Shown: positions 23,245 to 35,832 of the stretch, one piece after another
Numbering within the stretch: position 1 is the stretch's first letter
Layout of the letters: every line of letters begins with the position of its first letter
NCBI RefSeq assembly: GCF_001194135.2
Contig: NC_069005.1
Location: forward strand, 1,591,601-1,655,377
Length of the DNA stretch: 63,777 nt
Source of the DNA: Octopus bimaculoides
Lineage: Eukaryota
Direction: 5' to 3'
Program-made: the position numbers and the translations under genes
Notes under the pieces: generated by a model
Databases searched by the model: none
What the model saw: only the letters and a program-made list of their open reading frames with translations
Told to the model about the DNA's origin: nothing

Positions 23245-24451
23245 CACACACACACACACATATATATGTATATATATATATGGTGGGCTTCTTTCAGTTT
23301 CTGTCTACCAAATCCACTCACAAAGCTTTGGTTGGCTTGAGGCTATAGTAGAAGACACTTGCCCAAAGTGCCAATCTGTGGGACTGAACCCGGAACCATG
23401 TGGTTGGTAAGATTTTAATTTAGATCACTTTCAAACAAAATGTTTGTCATAGAACCAGTGGGAGTGGCCACAGTTGGGTTGGGTTGGTATCATCATCATC
23501 TTAGTTTAACGTCTGCTTTCCATGCTGGCATGGGTTGCACAGTTTGACTGAGGACTGGCAAGGCCAGGGGGCTGCACCGGACTCCAGATGTCTGCTTTGG
23601 CACGGATTTCACGGCTGGATGCCCTCCCTAACACCAACCACCTTAAAGAGTGGACTGAGTGCTTTTATGTGTTTCATGACGATGGTGGTGATGATGAGAT
23701 GCAAGAGAACGGATATAATTAAACTTGACTTCAAATGTTGGCATAAGATCAATAATCTTGATAAGATCAATAATTTTGGTAAGATCAATAATTTTTGCTT
23801 ATATTGATTACGTTGACCCCACCAATGCTCAACTGGTTCTTACTATATCAGTACCGAAATAATGAAAGCAAATCAGTCACAACAGAATTTGAACTCAACA
23901 TAAAAAGCAGGAAGAAATTCTGCTAAGCTTTATATCATCATCATCATCATCGTCGTCATCGTCATCGTTTAACTTCCACTTTCCATGCTGGAATGGGCTG
24001 GGCGGTTTGACTGAGGACTGGCAAGCCAGGAGGCTGCACCTCTGAAATACTAATAATTCTGCCAGCTCATTAACCCAGTTATATAATTAATAATGATAAT
24101 AACATTGACAATCTTATTTTGGCACATGACCAACAATTCTGAAGGGAGAGGCCAGTCAATTACACCAAACCTTTTTAGTCAGCTGACACTTAATTCATTG
24201 ACCCTGAAAGGGTCAATTTGAGATGCAAAGTTGACAAAAGGGAGTCAATTAAATGACTGTATCCCCACCCGACACTTTCTTTACCCGTTTGTATCTTTTG
24301 GGGAAAACTGTGGTTGTCATAAAAAAAATAGTAGTTCCACATGGAAATTGAAACTGAAGCCCAAACTACTTTCTCAAAAGCATTGTGCTCCAGCTTGGCA
24401 GCTGTAATAAGAATGATAATAACAGATTTTTGTTTTTGTTTCTTGCAACAG

Positions 24452-24611
24452 AGTAGAGTATATGGAGAAAAGTAAACACCTGCATCAACAGCTCCAAGAC
24501 CTGAAGACAGAAATTGAAGTTTTGAAGGTGGAGGAGAACCAGACGGAACTGGATCGATTGCATGAAGAAAGTGTAACGAGAGGAGACACCAAATACTCTA
24601 CACTTAGGAGG
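24452..24611 (+). CDS. NF2: Merlin exon 13 of those visible, (R)VEYMEKSKHLHQQLQDLKTEIEVLKVEENQTELDRLHEESVTRGDTKYSTLRR
   Basis: 160 nt phase 2-0; VEYMEKSKHL matches the merlin motif. Confidence 0.97.
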
Positions 24612-26519
24612 GTAAGAATATTTGTCTTCTCCGTAATTTAAAACAATCTTCCCTCTGTGTGTGTGTGTTTGTGTGTGCGAGTGTGTGTGTGTGTGTTTAT
24701 GTATGATGATGATGATGACGACCTGTTTCTCATAACAGTCTGCCGAGCACTTACAGAAAATGTTCTAAACTTAGAAGCATAGATTAGAATCCAAAAGATT
24801 AACCGTTTTATTATTATATTTCTGTTAAAATATACCGCTTTTATTTTTTATATTATAATTATTATTATTCTTTATTTTTACTATTAATTTTGAAAAAAAA
24901 AAAAACCAAAGAATTTAGTAAAACAACTTTGTCGTTATTAAACTGATGTTTGGAACATAAATTAATATGAAATTTTGATGGAAGGTTTTAATTTCGATCA
25001 TCAAATTTGTATCATAGAATCAAGGTTGGTCTCAGGTGATTTGGTATTGAAACAGTTAATTTAGGAAAGGTAAAAATGCTAGTTTGTAATAAAGTTTGAG
25101 TTGATTCTTAGACTGAGAAGCCCTTTTTTTTCTCTGCCATTTCTTGACAATATCTCATTGATTACTATTAATTTTCTTTCTGTGTGGATTGTCATATTTT
25201 AATCTCTGGTCACCAGATCATTCTCTGAGACTGTTTCTGGTGATGTTTACATATCAGCTGTTTTCTCTCAATTCATTATTGTTGTTGTTGTTGTTATTAT
25301 TGTCTCCATCTGGTATCTGTATCTTCACAGTTATGTTACAGGTCATGTCCATCTATGTATACATACGTACGTTCCATCATTTGTTCCGGAAGTTTTCTGT
25401 AAATAAAGCTGTTAAATCTATTTCCTTGTTTCCATACGTTCTCTCAGCAATGTTGTCTTGTATCTTGTACACTGAAGACAATCTTTAAATTATTCTAAAG
25501 TTGAAATTGCCATCTCAGTATCCTACTTAATATAGACAAACCATTGTGAGGCAAGATGTTGCAATTGTTGTCTGAGGTAAAATCTCGTATGGAGATGCTG
25601 TGTTTAAAAAGAAATGGTCTTGGGTTCAGTCCTGCTGTGAAGCACCTTGGGCAAGTGTCTTCTATATCCTCAAGTCAACCTAAGCCTTGTGAGTTGATTT
25701 GGTAGACCTAAACCGAAAGAAGCCCGTTGTGTGTATGCATGCACATGTGTGTATGTATATCATCATCATCATCATCGTTTAATGTCTGCCTTCCGTGCTA
25801 GCATGAGTGGTACGGTTTGACAGGAACTGGCCAGGCGGAAATGAGTTGTGACGTTTCTGGTGCCAAGCTGTATCAGCCTTTTGCCTTTCCCTTGGATAAC
25901 ATCAGGGGGTGGTGAGGGGAGGCTGGTATGCATGCGTGACTACTGGTCTTCCATAAACAACCTTGTGCCTTGGAGAGGGTGGCTTTCTAGGGGCAAGCCC
26001 ATGGTCATTTATGACCAAAGGGGTTTTTTTCACTTTTGCCCTATACACACACGTGTTGCTGTCTTCTTGCCTTGACTCCATGTCATAATTGTAAATGAAT
26101 GTCGTCATCATCACACAAGCCGTGTCCTTCATATTGCATCTCTTGTGAAAACTGTGCCTGGTCATGCTGGGGTGGACATCACCTTACTTGGAAACAGTTG
26201 GGGGTTGGCGGCAGGGAGGGCATTGGACTGTGGAAATCCACCTCAACAAGATTGTGTCTGATCTATGCGAGCATGAATAAGCAGACATTCAGCAATGACG
26301 ATGGATCTGTCTGTGTGTCTTGACAGCCGTATCTCAAATGACATGTTGTTTCTTTTGTCCCCCCTCTGCTGTCTCAAACATTAAGAAGAAGAAGATTATT
26401 ATACCATGATTCCACTACTTCAACTTTTAGAGCTTTGATATCTTCCAGTAAATGCACTTAGAAACCTTATCCTCTCCCCCTCCTCTCTCTCTCTCCCTCC
26501 CCCCCACCAAGAACTCATC

Positions 26520-26585
26520 TTCTAACACCCATTCCTGCACCAATCTTCCAATTGTGGTACTACTCATTCATGTGCAGTAAATGAG
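26520..26585 (+). mobile_element. Possible decayed Penelope GIY-YIG endonuclease N-terminal motif
   Basis: With frameshifts it reads roughly CT.SNVV..I.CSK; weak. Confidence 0.25.
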
Positions 26586-27103
26586 ACTACCTACCTCCCC
26601 CTCCCCCTCCGTGCACTTCACACTGTATCCCTATTACTGTCCCTTATCACCTCCTCCTCCCGCCTGGCCCACTCCTATTTCCTTCCCTCCTNNNNNNNNN
26701 NNNNNNNNNNNNNNNNNNNNNNNNNNNNNNNNNNNNNNNNNNNNNNNNNNNNNNNNNNNNNNNNNNNNNNNNNNNNNNNNNNNNNNNNNNNNNNNNNNNN
26801 NNNNNNNNNNNNNNNNNNNNNNNNNNNNNNNNNNNNNNNNNNNNNNNNNNNNNNNNNNNNNNNNNNNNNNNNNNNNNNNNNNNNNNNNNNNNNNNNNNNN
26901 NNNNNNNNNNNNNNNNNNNNNNGGAACTTTCAGAATTGCCAAAATTTCGACCGCTCCCCACATTCTGGGAAGGTTTCATCACAGTATTCGTCATCAGTGA
27001 TTTCATCTGATGATGACTTCCGTGCCTCCTTCGCCTTACACGTTTCCTATTTTGTCAGGTCCGAACACTTTCAAGCTTTTAAATTTCTCCCCTCTGCATG
27101 CCA

Positions 27104-27941
27104 AGCAAAATGCTTAGCAGCATTTCATCCATTTTTACATTCTGAGTTCAAATTCTGCTGAGGTCGACTTTGCCTTTCATCCTTTCGGAGTCGATAAATT
27201 AAGTACCAGTTGCGCACTGGGGCTAATCTAATTAACTGGCCCCCTCCCCAAAATATCAGGCCTCCTGCCTAGAGTAGAAAGGATTATTATTATTATTGTT
27301 GTTGTTTGGGCAGTGAGCTGGCTGAATCATTAGCCTGCTAGACAAAATGCTTAGCAGTATTTCGCTTATCGTTACATTCTGAGTTCAAATTCTGCCAAGG
27401 TCAACTTTGCCTATCATCTTTTTGGAGTTGATAAAATAAGTACCGACTGAACGCTGGGGTTGATGTAATCAACTCATCCCCACCTCCCCCAAGTTGCCCT
27501 TGTGACAGCAATTTCAAATAATTATTGTTGTTGTTGTTGTTGTTGTTAAGGTGGTGAGCTGGCAGAATCGTTAGCACACTGGGCAAAATGCTTGGCAGTA
27601 TTTCATCTGTCCTTACGTTTTGAGTTCAAATTCCGCTGAGGTCGACTTTGCCTTTCATCCTTTCAGGGTCAGTAAATTAAGTACCAGTTACATACTGGGG
27701 TCGATGTAATCGACTTAACCCCTCCACCAAAATATCAGGCTTTGTGCCTACAGTAGAAAGGATTATTGTTGTTGTTAGCCTGCCAGACAAAATGTTTAAC
27801 GCCATTTCATCTGTCTCCATATCCTGAGTTCAAATTCTGCCGAGGTCAACATTGCCTTTTATCCTTTCAAGTTCTGCAGTCGATGTAATCTACCAGACCC
27901 TCTCCCCTAAAATTTCAGGCCTTGTGTCGATAGTAAAAAGG

Positions 27942-27975
<34 letters not shown>
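27104..27975 (+). repeat. Head-to-tail array of 4 copies of a tRNA-derived SINE with (ATT/GTT)n tails
   Basis: Unit GGTGAGCTGGCAGAATCGTTAGC...GAGTTCAAATTC...CTTTGCCTTTCATCC...AAGTACC...GTAGAAAGGATTATT, repeated about every 220 bp. Confidence 0.9.
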
Positions 27976-27983
<8 letters not shown>

Positions 27984-30602
27984 GGTGGTGGTTTTGTTGC
28001 CATCACCATCAGTATCTCGGCATCATGTACTTATATTCTATCTTCACATAATTCCTTGGACTCATGCTGTGCTGGTTATTAGATTACATTTACAAGATGG
28101 AATGTGCTTAGCTGAAACATTTGATTGGCGGAAGTGGGGCAGGATCGTACATAGCCAACCCTTGGAGTAGTTTATCAGAGCATGGAAAAACGAGACGAAT
28201 GTGTGGGCAAAATGCAATTAATGTCTTCGGTATTCACTAAGCACATCTATTAAATTTCATTCTTTTATTTATGTTAATGGTTTTTAATTTATTAAAACAG
28301 TATTAATAACAAAAAGATGTTTCTAGCTGCAATAATTAACAAAAAAATAATAATAAATAAATAATAATAATAATAATAATAATGAATAACTGTGCTTTGA
28401 GATTTTAGAGACTAACAACAAAATATGAAATATTGGTGGAGTAAAATGTGGAATAATTAATGAGCATTCCTCAGAAAAAGAAAAGAAAACAAATAAATAG
28501 ATTTTTGATGAAATCATAAGAAAAAAAAATTTGAAGTAATTATTATAAAACTCCGTCTGCTCTTGCAATAATTTGCATACATACAAACTGGCACTCTGTT
28601 GGTTCCGATGACAAGGGTTCCAGTTGATCCGATCAACGGAATAATCTGCTAGTGGAGTTAATGTGCAAGCGGTTGAGCACCCGACAGACATGTGTACCCT
28701 TAAGAGTGATTCAGTGTGACATGCTGAATGTAACAAGACTGGCCCTTTGAAATACAGCCCCTATTCATTATTGCCAGCTGAGTGGAGTGGGGCAATGAGA
28801 AATGAAGTGTCTTGCCCAAGGATACAGTGTACCACTGGGAATTGAACTCACGACCTTATGATTGTGAGCTAAATACTTCAACCACTCTGCCGCGTGCTTT
28901 CTCTCTATGTACAGAATGAAGACATTTGTGAACGAGAATGTTTAAATGTGCAGAGACAGCCAGACAGACTAATTAAAATGGGAGGTAATTAACACAGAAT
29001 TAATGTTATAAAGTCATTGGTTCAATGGATCAGATGTACATTTAATTCATCCAGCATGGAACACGGATAATAAATGATGGTGGTGGTGGTGTTGAAAATT
29101 TAATTCTAGTGAAAATAAAACATGTCAGTTGTACAGGGAATTAAAAGGAATGTTTGTGGGAAAATATTGGGAGGAAATAAAAAAGAAACCAACCACAACA
29201 AAGATAACATTGAAGAGATTCCATTGATGAGACATAGAAACAGAACTGCCAACAGATGGACTCAACAGATAGACTCGCTACTGATGGACTCAACAGATAG
29301 ACTCTCTTCTGTTGGACATCAATGAAAACTAAAGAGAAGCTGGTGTGCTGGCAGAATTGTTAGCACAGTGGACAAAATGCTTTGCCACGTTTTGTCTGTC
29401 TTCATGGTCTGAGTTCAATTTGTGGTGAGGTTGATTTTGCCTTTCATCTTTTTGGAGTCAATGAAATATGTACCAGTTATGCACTGCGGTTGATGTAATA
29501 GACTTACCGCCTTCCATTATTATTATTATTATTATTATTATTGAGAGAGAGAGCAGTGCATGCCATCAAAGTGACACTGGGGTAAAATATACGAAGCCCA
29601 TTATACCCATCATGACTACCCGTCTGATAAGGGTACACCAGGTAACAATACAACAATATGTATGCAACATGGTGATCTTATATCAAGATAAACAGCGCAT
29701 GACCTCGCAGAAACACAAACTAACATGAAATTTTGATGGAAGGTTTTTAATTTAGATCACTTTAACTCTTTTGTTACCATATCTCTGCTGAAATACGTCT
29801 TTCTTTTAATTAAGAAAGCTTGTATCATTGAACCAGGTTCGGTCCCAGATGAGTTAATATCAAAACGATCAAAAGTTTTTCACTTATATTTTGTTGATGA
29901 AAAGACAGGAGTTGTAATGTTATACATCTCATAGATTGGTATACTGATTGTGTTTTAGTTCTATTGGGAGAAACAGGATTGTCCTCGGTTCATGAAAGTC
30001 TTGTAAGTCAGGTGTGGAGTGTGTAGGTAGGTGTGTGGATAATGCTTGTTTTGTGAAAAATATTTTATGAATATCTGTGAAATGGAAAAGAGAAACACTT
30101 AGATCTACTTTTCCATTTCACAGACAACTGGAAACTGGTTGTTGAATTCAGCAGCAATAATTAAATCTCTAAACAGAAAACATGTCACAGAAACGTTATA
30201 AGTAACAAAAAAAGCATCAAAACTTTTATGAAAGAAGCAAAATAAATAACCCTAAACAAAACAAGTGGAACATTAGAAACAGTTAATGAATTGTGAGTTA
30301 TAAAGAAAAATTGCATAAATCATAAAAAGTATTTGGGCATGCGGAAGTGAGGCCATAAAAAGCCACATCAAGATGTGGGAAAGATATTTATCAGATGTGA
30401 CCCAAATGACAGAAGAAAGGTGATATCACCACAATGCCTTGATCTTTTTGTTCAGTTTTGGTTATTAACAATTGGAGGTTTATTTAGTGAAATGTTTGGT
30501 TTCAATGAAATTTCCTCTATATATGTTTAGGCATTGACTTCCTAACCGCATGGTTTCAGGTTCAGTCCCACTGTGCAGTACCTTAGGAAAATATCTTCTT
30601 CA

Positions 30603-31500
30603 AGGGTCAGCTGAAAAGTTCATAGTCTGACCAAGTTACTTCCATGGAATGTGACCAAATGTGGGTTTTATTCTTTAACATATTCCCCTTTGCAGTCCAC
30701 ACACTTCTTCCGTCATTGTTGCAGTGTTTGGATCCCATTGATGAGGAAGCTGTCATCCTGTTGCTCAAAAAAAGACACCAACAGCAGATATGACACCATC
30801 GTCACTGCGATACTAGTTCTCAGCCAAGTGTTCTTTCATGTTGGGGAACAGATGATAGTCAGAAGAACAGAGAGTGTGACCAACCAGTTCAAAGCCATAG
30901 CCATGCACAGCAGCCATTGAAACCAAAGGTGTCCAAGCTGGAGCATTGTCCTGATGAAAGAAGACCCCTTTTCGTCAGTTTTCTTGGGCATTTTGGTCTT
31001 GATAGCCTTCCATAACTGCCTCAGCAAGTTGGTATGGTAATCTCCACTGATGGTGTGGCCCTTTTGAAGAGAGTCAATAAGCACAATGTTTTTCGTATTC
31101 CCCAAAATTGAGGCCATCACCTTCCTGGCAGTTGGTCTTTTTGGGAGCAAGGAAGAAGGGGTGTTTCCACTGCATAGATTGTCTCTTGGTCTCTGGCTCA
31201 AAGTGATGAAGCTAACACTCATCCTGGATTAGGAAACATTCAAGGAAACCAGCTGGATCTGCCTGAAACAATGTCAGGTTTTCCCTGTAATGTGATCAGC
31301 CTTGTGCACTTTCGATCAGGTGTCAGAAGACATGGCATTCACCAAGCAGAAACCTTCATCATGCCGAGTTCATTGTACAGAATATTCTCAACTCTCTCAC
31401 AGGACATGCTCATGGCATTAGCTATTTGGTTTATAGTCAACCACCTGTCATCCATCACCATGTGGGGAACATGCTCAAGGCAACACCAACTTAGCCAGAG
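30603..31500 (-). mobile_element. Decayed mariner transposase remnant in the last NF2 intron
   Basis: Reads ...RKVMASILGNTKNIVLIDSLQKGHTISGDYHTNLLRQLWKAIKTK... (decayed KVMASVFWD motif), HTH RWLTINQIANAMSMSCERV, TIR-like GAGGGTCAGCTGAAAAGTTC. Confidence 0.88.
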
Positions 31501-31782
31501 ATGATTTTTTAAAATGAGAATATCTGATATGAACTCGACTGTTCTCACAAACGAGAATACTAAAAATGAACCAGACTGCTCTCAAAAATTAAGTAAAAAA
31601 ACAGGAAAAATAGTCCAGAATCTGGGTCGTTCCCAAAATCAGTTTGTACCAGTCAGGAGGCCAAACATCTCTGAAAGTTTCAACTGAATCCATCCAGCGG
31701 TTCCTGAGATATCTTCTCCACAAACAAACAAACAACGACAACTGCAAACACTAGCTCCGCCTTTGCTAAGGCAGAGATAATA
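31500..31782 (+). mobile_element. Helentron/HINE-like non-autonomous element 3' end
   Basis: GAAAGTTTCAACTGAATCCATCCAGCGGTT...(CAAA)n...hairpin CTCCGCCTT/AAGGCAGAG. Confidence 0.45.
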
Positions 31783-32004
31783 AACAAGCTTTGGATTCAA
31801 CAGAAGAATCTGAATCTGCTAAATGGTTAAATTATGCTTCCATCAAACATTTGTTCTTTTGTTGATTCCTATCAAGTTATTTCAATCCTATTCTTTCAAT
31901 CCAGTATTTACACTTTTTTTTTCTCTTTTATTTACACTTTATGTTGTTCAATTAATATTCATTAGACATTTTAATTTCTGCTTCTTTTTCTTTTTACTTT
32001 TCAG

Positions 32005-32055
32005 ATCCGATCCACTTCGGGCAAAGCACGGGTCGCGTTCTTCGAGGAACTATGA
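32005..32055 (+). CDS. NF2: Merlin terminal coding exon, IRSTSGKARVAFFEEL*
   Basis: Strong polypyrimidine acceptor, 51 nt including TGA; isoform-1-type RVAFFEEL end. Confidence 0.96.
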   Translation: MRSTSGKARVAFFEEL

Positions 32056-32946
32056 AGTAGTTCCCGGTGTTTTGCATCCCCCAAAAATTAGAGACTGTTG
32101 CACTCCCACCTCCATCCCTTTATATTTTTTCTTGTTGATTTACAGAATGCCGGGCAAGCAAACACTTGAATAACATTGGTGGCTATGTCTATCAAGGCAT
32201 ATATAAATATAATTTTTTTTTTTGTTAAAAAACTTATTTTGAAAAACTAGTATTTCTTCCACTACCTTTTCAAAATGGTTCACTTAAACCCCGTCTCCTG
32301 TTCCCCCCTCCCCCATCTCAGTATGTAACTTTTCTATGCAATCTTTGAACTGTTTATTGATAAGAAGAAGAAGAAAAAGAGGAAAAATAACAATAACAGC
32401 CACAACAACAAACTCTGCTAATTTTTTGGAAATAATGTATTAAAATATTGTATTATTTTTTATAGAGATTTTTTTCAAATATAGATTATTATTTTTTTTT
32501 TTAATTTTAACATGGATTTTTATCCATGCTCTGCATAAATTTAAACAGATTACCATGTGCAAGCATGCACGCAAATGTTTATACACACACACACANNNNN
32601 NNNNNNNNNNNNNNNNNNNNNNNNNNNNNNNNNNNNNNNNNNNNNNNNNNNNNNNNNNNNNNNNNNNNNNNNNNNNNNNNNNNNNNNNNNNNNNNNNNNN
32701 NNNNNNNNNNNNNNNNNNNNNNNNNNNNNNNNNNNNNNNNNNNNNNNNNNNNNNNNNNNNNNNNNNNNNNNNNNNNNNNNNNNNNNNNNNNNNNNNNNNN
32801 NNNNNNNNNNNNNNNNNNNNNNNNNNNNNNNNNNNNNNNNNNNNNNNNNNNNNNNNNNNNNNNNNNNNNNNNNNNNNNNNNNNNNNNNNNNNNNNNNNNN
32901 NNNNNNNNNNNNNNNNNNNNNNNNNNNNNNNNNNNNNNNNATATAT

Positions 32947-33410
32947 ATGTCTGGTTGCCCATGGAAACTGCGATATGCAGGTGACCTTGTTCTAGTAGCT
33001 GAATTTGTTGGAAAATTAAAAAATAAGTTCCAGATGTGAATGTAAAACCTGGAATCAAAGGGCCTCAAAGTTAACTTAGAAAAGACTGAGGTTTTAATAA
33101 GAAAAATCAACCAAGACTCAACTTCTTTCAGGAAAAATGTCTTTGTTTGGTGTGTAGAAAAGAAATTGGTAGAAATTTCATGTGGTGTACTCAATACAAA
33201 TTATGAACAGGTCGGTTAACAAAATAGACTTTATGACAGGTACGCAGGAGCAATAAATATTTCCAGCAAACGGCAAATAGATTTTTTTTTTTTTCTCAAA
33301 TGCTCAAGAGAATCTCTAGTGGTAGCCTCAGCAGTATTGGACGATGTTCTGAAAGTATAATAGCTCAGGTAAGACTGGGCTGGAGAAAGTTCAGGTAGTT
33401 GTCACCTGTT
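32947..33410 (+). mobile_element. RTE-type LINE reverse transcriptase remnant
   Basis: GCPWKLRYAGDLVLVAE...LESKGLKVNLEKTEVL (YADD degenerate), followed by a Cys-rich region and IIAQVRLGWRKFR. Confidence 0.85.
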
Positions 33411-33744
33411 AGTAACAAACCTTTTGAAATGAAATGTAGACAACAAAAGGTTTGACTCTCACGATGAAACGCAGATTATATGGTGTTTGTATATGAACTG
33501 CAGCGCTACATGGTAATGAGACGTGAGCCTGAATGGAGAGGACTCGCAAAGATAATAATAATTATTTCATAGTTTGCTGTTTTCAGATGTTTGTATATTT
33601 ATATAAATATCTGAATTTTTCTGTCCAACCCACGCCAGCATGGGCAGTGGACGTAGAATAATGATGGTGAAGATTTACGTCTTCACAGATTACAGGGATA
33701 ACAAGCAGGTGTATTATTTTAATGCTTGGGGAGAATGGAAAAGT

Positions 33745-33780
33745 CTTTGACGTTTCGAACCTACGCTCTTCGACAGAAAG
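33745..33780 (-). ncRNA. Variant hammerhead-like motif in a Penelope-like terminal repeat (about 33700-33810)
   Basis: CTTT-CTGTCGA-A-GAGC(gtag)GTTC-GAAA-C-GTC-AAAG; non-canonical core. A related copy lies at 10787-10822. Confidence 0.4.
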
Positions 33781-34429
33781 GAATAAGAGGGAGAAAAATG
33801 GAAAGAAAAGAAAAAAATATGTGGGGATTAACGGTTCAACATGATGAAATGACAGGAAACAAATATATATACATAGAAATATGTGTAAACATGAATATAT
33901 ACAAATGCATATGCACACACACATACGCACAGATATACATAAATATATATATATATATACTATATGTACTGTGTGCTGTGTACATACATTTTGTATAATG
34001 TTACACAAATTTATGTGCCATATATTAATATACATTCAGCACATACTGTCAGAATAGTATGTATAAACCAGCTCTTTTAGTGTACCTATGATCACATTTC
34101 CTCCCCCCCCCCCCCTGTCACAAACAAAATTCCTCTCCGTTTCCACTGGGATGAACAGGAATGCAGGAAAGATAAAACCTTTACATTTTTCTCTCTCAGC
34201 AAATTTCCCCCTCTCCTGTTCCTGCTCTTTTCTACAACCTTCTGTGTGCGTATGTGCATGAGTGAAAGCACGTGTCTGAGTGGGTAGGGCATTCGGTTGG
34301 CGATCTTCAGGTCGTGAGTTCAGTTCCTGGCGACGCGTTGTATCCTTGAGCAAGACACTTTAGTCTATGTTGCTCCAGTCCACTCAGCTGGCAAAAATGA
34401 GCTGTACCTGCGTTTCAAAGGGCCAACCA

Positions 34430-34660
34430 TATCACATTCAGTGTTACTTCAACTTTCACCGAAATCAAACTGTTCCTACCCGTAACACAAAGTTACATTG
34501 GGTGAATGCATTTCATACACGGGGTACACTAATGAATAGGAGATGGGTGAGGGCGCCACGAACGGTACGGACCCCGGAATGCCTTCAGAGACGCATCAAT
34601 GAAAACGGACACCACATGATGGATATTGTTTTCTACATTCGATTTTGACAAATGCTAATT
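34430..34660 (+). mobile_element. Internally deleted Tc1/mariner-superfamily element (DUF4817-like HTH fused to a C-terminus)
   Basis: VPTRNTKLHWVNAFHTRGTL...PRTVRTPE joined directly to CLQRRINENGHHMMDIVF. Confidence 0.6.
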
Positions 34661-35008
34661 CAATACGAACGCATTCATGTCAATGGAATTTGCTTGCAGC
34701 TAAAATTAATGATTTTTGTGAATTTTTCAAAAACGTCCGTCCTCTCTGCTCCACCCTATACATGTATGTGTGTGTGTGTACATACAAGGAATGGAACGGG
34801 TAAAGCACGGACTACAACGGTTTCATAGCAAACTGATACTTGTTACATAAGTATCCTTTTGCATACTTTAGTATTAATCGTTTTGTAATTATGGGCGGAG
34901 CTCCTCGATTTCATTCCCTGCATGCATCTATGTTTTCTCAATGGTAATGTTTTTTGTCTATGCATAAATGAAAATGTTTTTCTCAAATAAATTGCACTTC
35001 TTATTTGA

Positions 35009-35089
35009 GGCTCTGATGAAGCTATAACATGTAACTCAGGCACTCGACTACGGGACGACTGCGTCTTGTAGCAGAAACAGCTGTAAGCT
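35009..35089 (+). ncRNA. Candidate type I hammerhead ribozyme with a long stem II loop
   Basis: GGCT-CTGATGA-A-GCTATAA...TTGTAGC-A-GAAAC-AGCT-GTA-AGCT. Palindromic stem III (ACAGCTGT), GUA triplet, A.A mismatch at the stem II base. Confidence 0.5.
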
Positions 35090-35743
35090 AACGAAGTTCA
35101 TAAGATAATCCTTTATTCCTTTGCCATCTCATTTCCGTTTTACAGCTCTCTACTCGTCTAACACTTCGTTCTGAAGCGTTATATATTGAATTCTACACTG
35201 GATTGCCTGTGTGTGCGCATGCGCGTGTGTATGCATAGATGCATATATATGCGCATGCTTGCACGTAAATGTACACCCTTGCTCACGTACATATGTGTAT
35301 ACGTACATTCTCACGCATATATATGCTCACAAGGTTGCTCAAATATGCGTGTGCAAACATGCATAAACTTATAATGCATAAATACACAAGCATGAGCATA
35401 CCTATACACACACACACACACACACAAACATACACACACATATATATATACATACATACGTAAATATCGAACAATGAGAATGAGCGCTCAACACCGCATT
35501 GGTGGATAAAAATTCTTTATTTGTGTATTACGGTTACCGTTGGTTTCATGTTAAGAAAAAAATCTTTGTACCTTAACAATTTTTTAAGTTGATCACATGA
35601 AGAAATGTTGTTCGTCTGCATCTTGGAGTTTTAATCCAAAATGGAGACGAACACCATTCCTCCATGTGATCGGCTTGTAAAAGTGTTAAGATATTAAGAT
35701 ATTTTCTTAACATGCAACCAACGGTGGCCTTAAAACCCAAATA

Positions 35744-35832
<89 letters not shown>

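Larger units (their letters stand above)
3330..32055 (+). other. NF2: NF2/merlin gene span (start codon to stop codon): 14 visible coding exons plus one probably hidden in a gap
   Basis: Manual exon assembly gives FERM + coiled coil + C-terminal tail. Blue box YQMTPEM, N-terminal extension and RVAFFEEL* end indicate merlin rather than ezrin/radixin/moesin. Confidence 0.95.

Noticed and set aside
26960-27030. CTGATGA on both strands near a GAAAC
   Set aside because: No plausible stem II or III or cleavage triplet could be folded.
27059-27082. Possible alternative terminal merlin exon VRTLSSF* (analogue of the human isoform-2 exon)
   Set aside because: Acceptor and phase fit, but it is embedded in repeat-derived sequence with no homology support. 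It would need junction reads 24611 to 27059.
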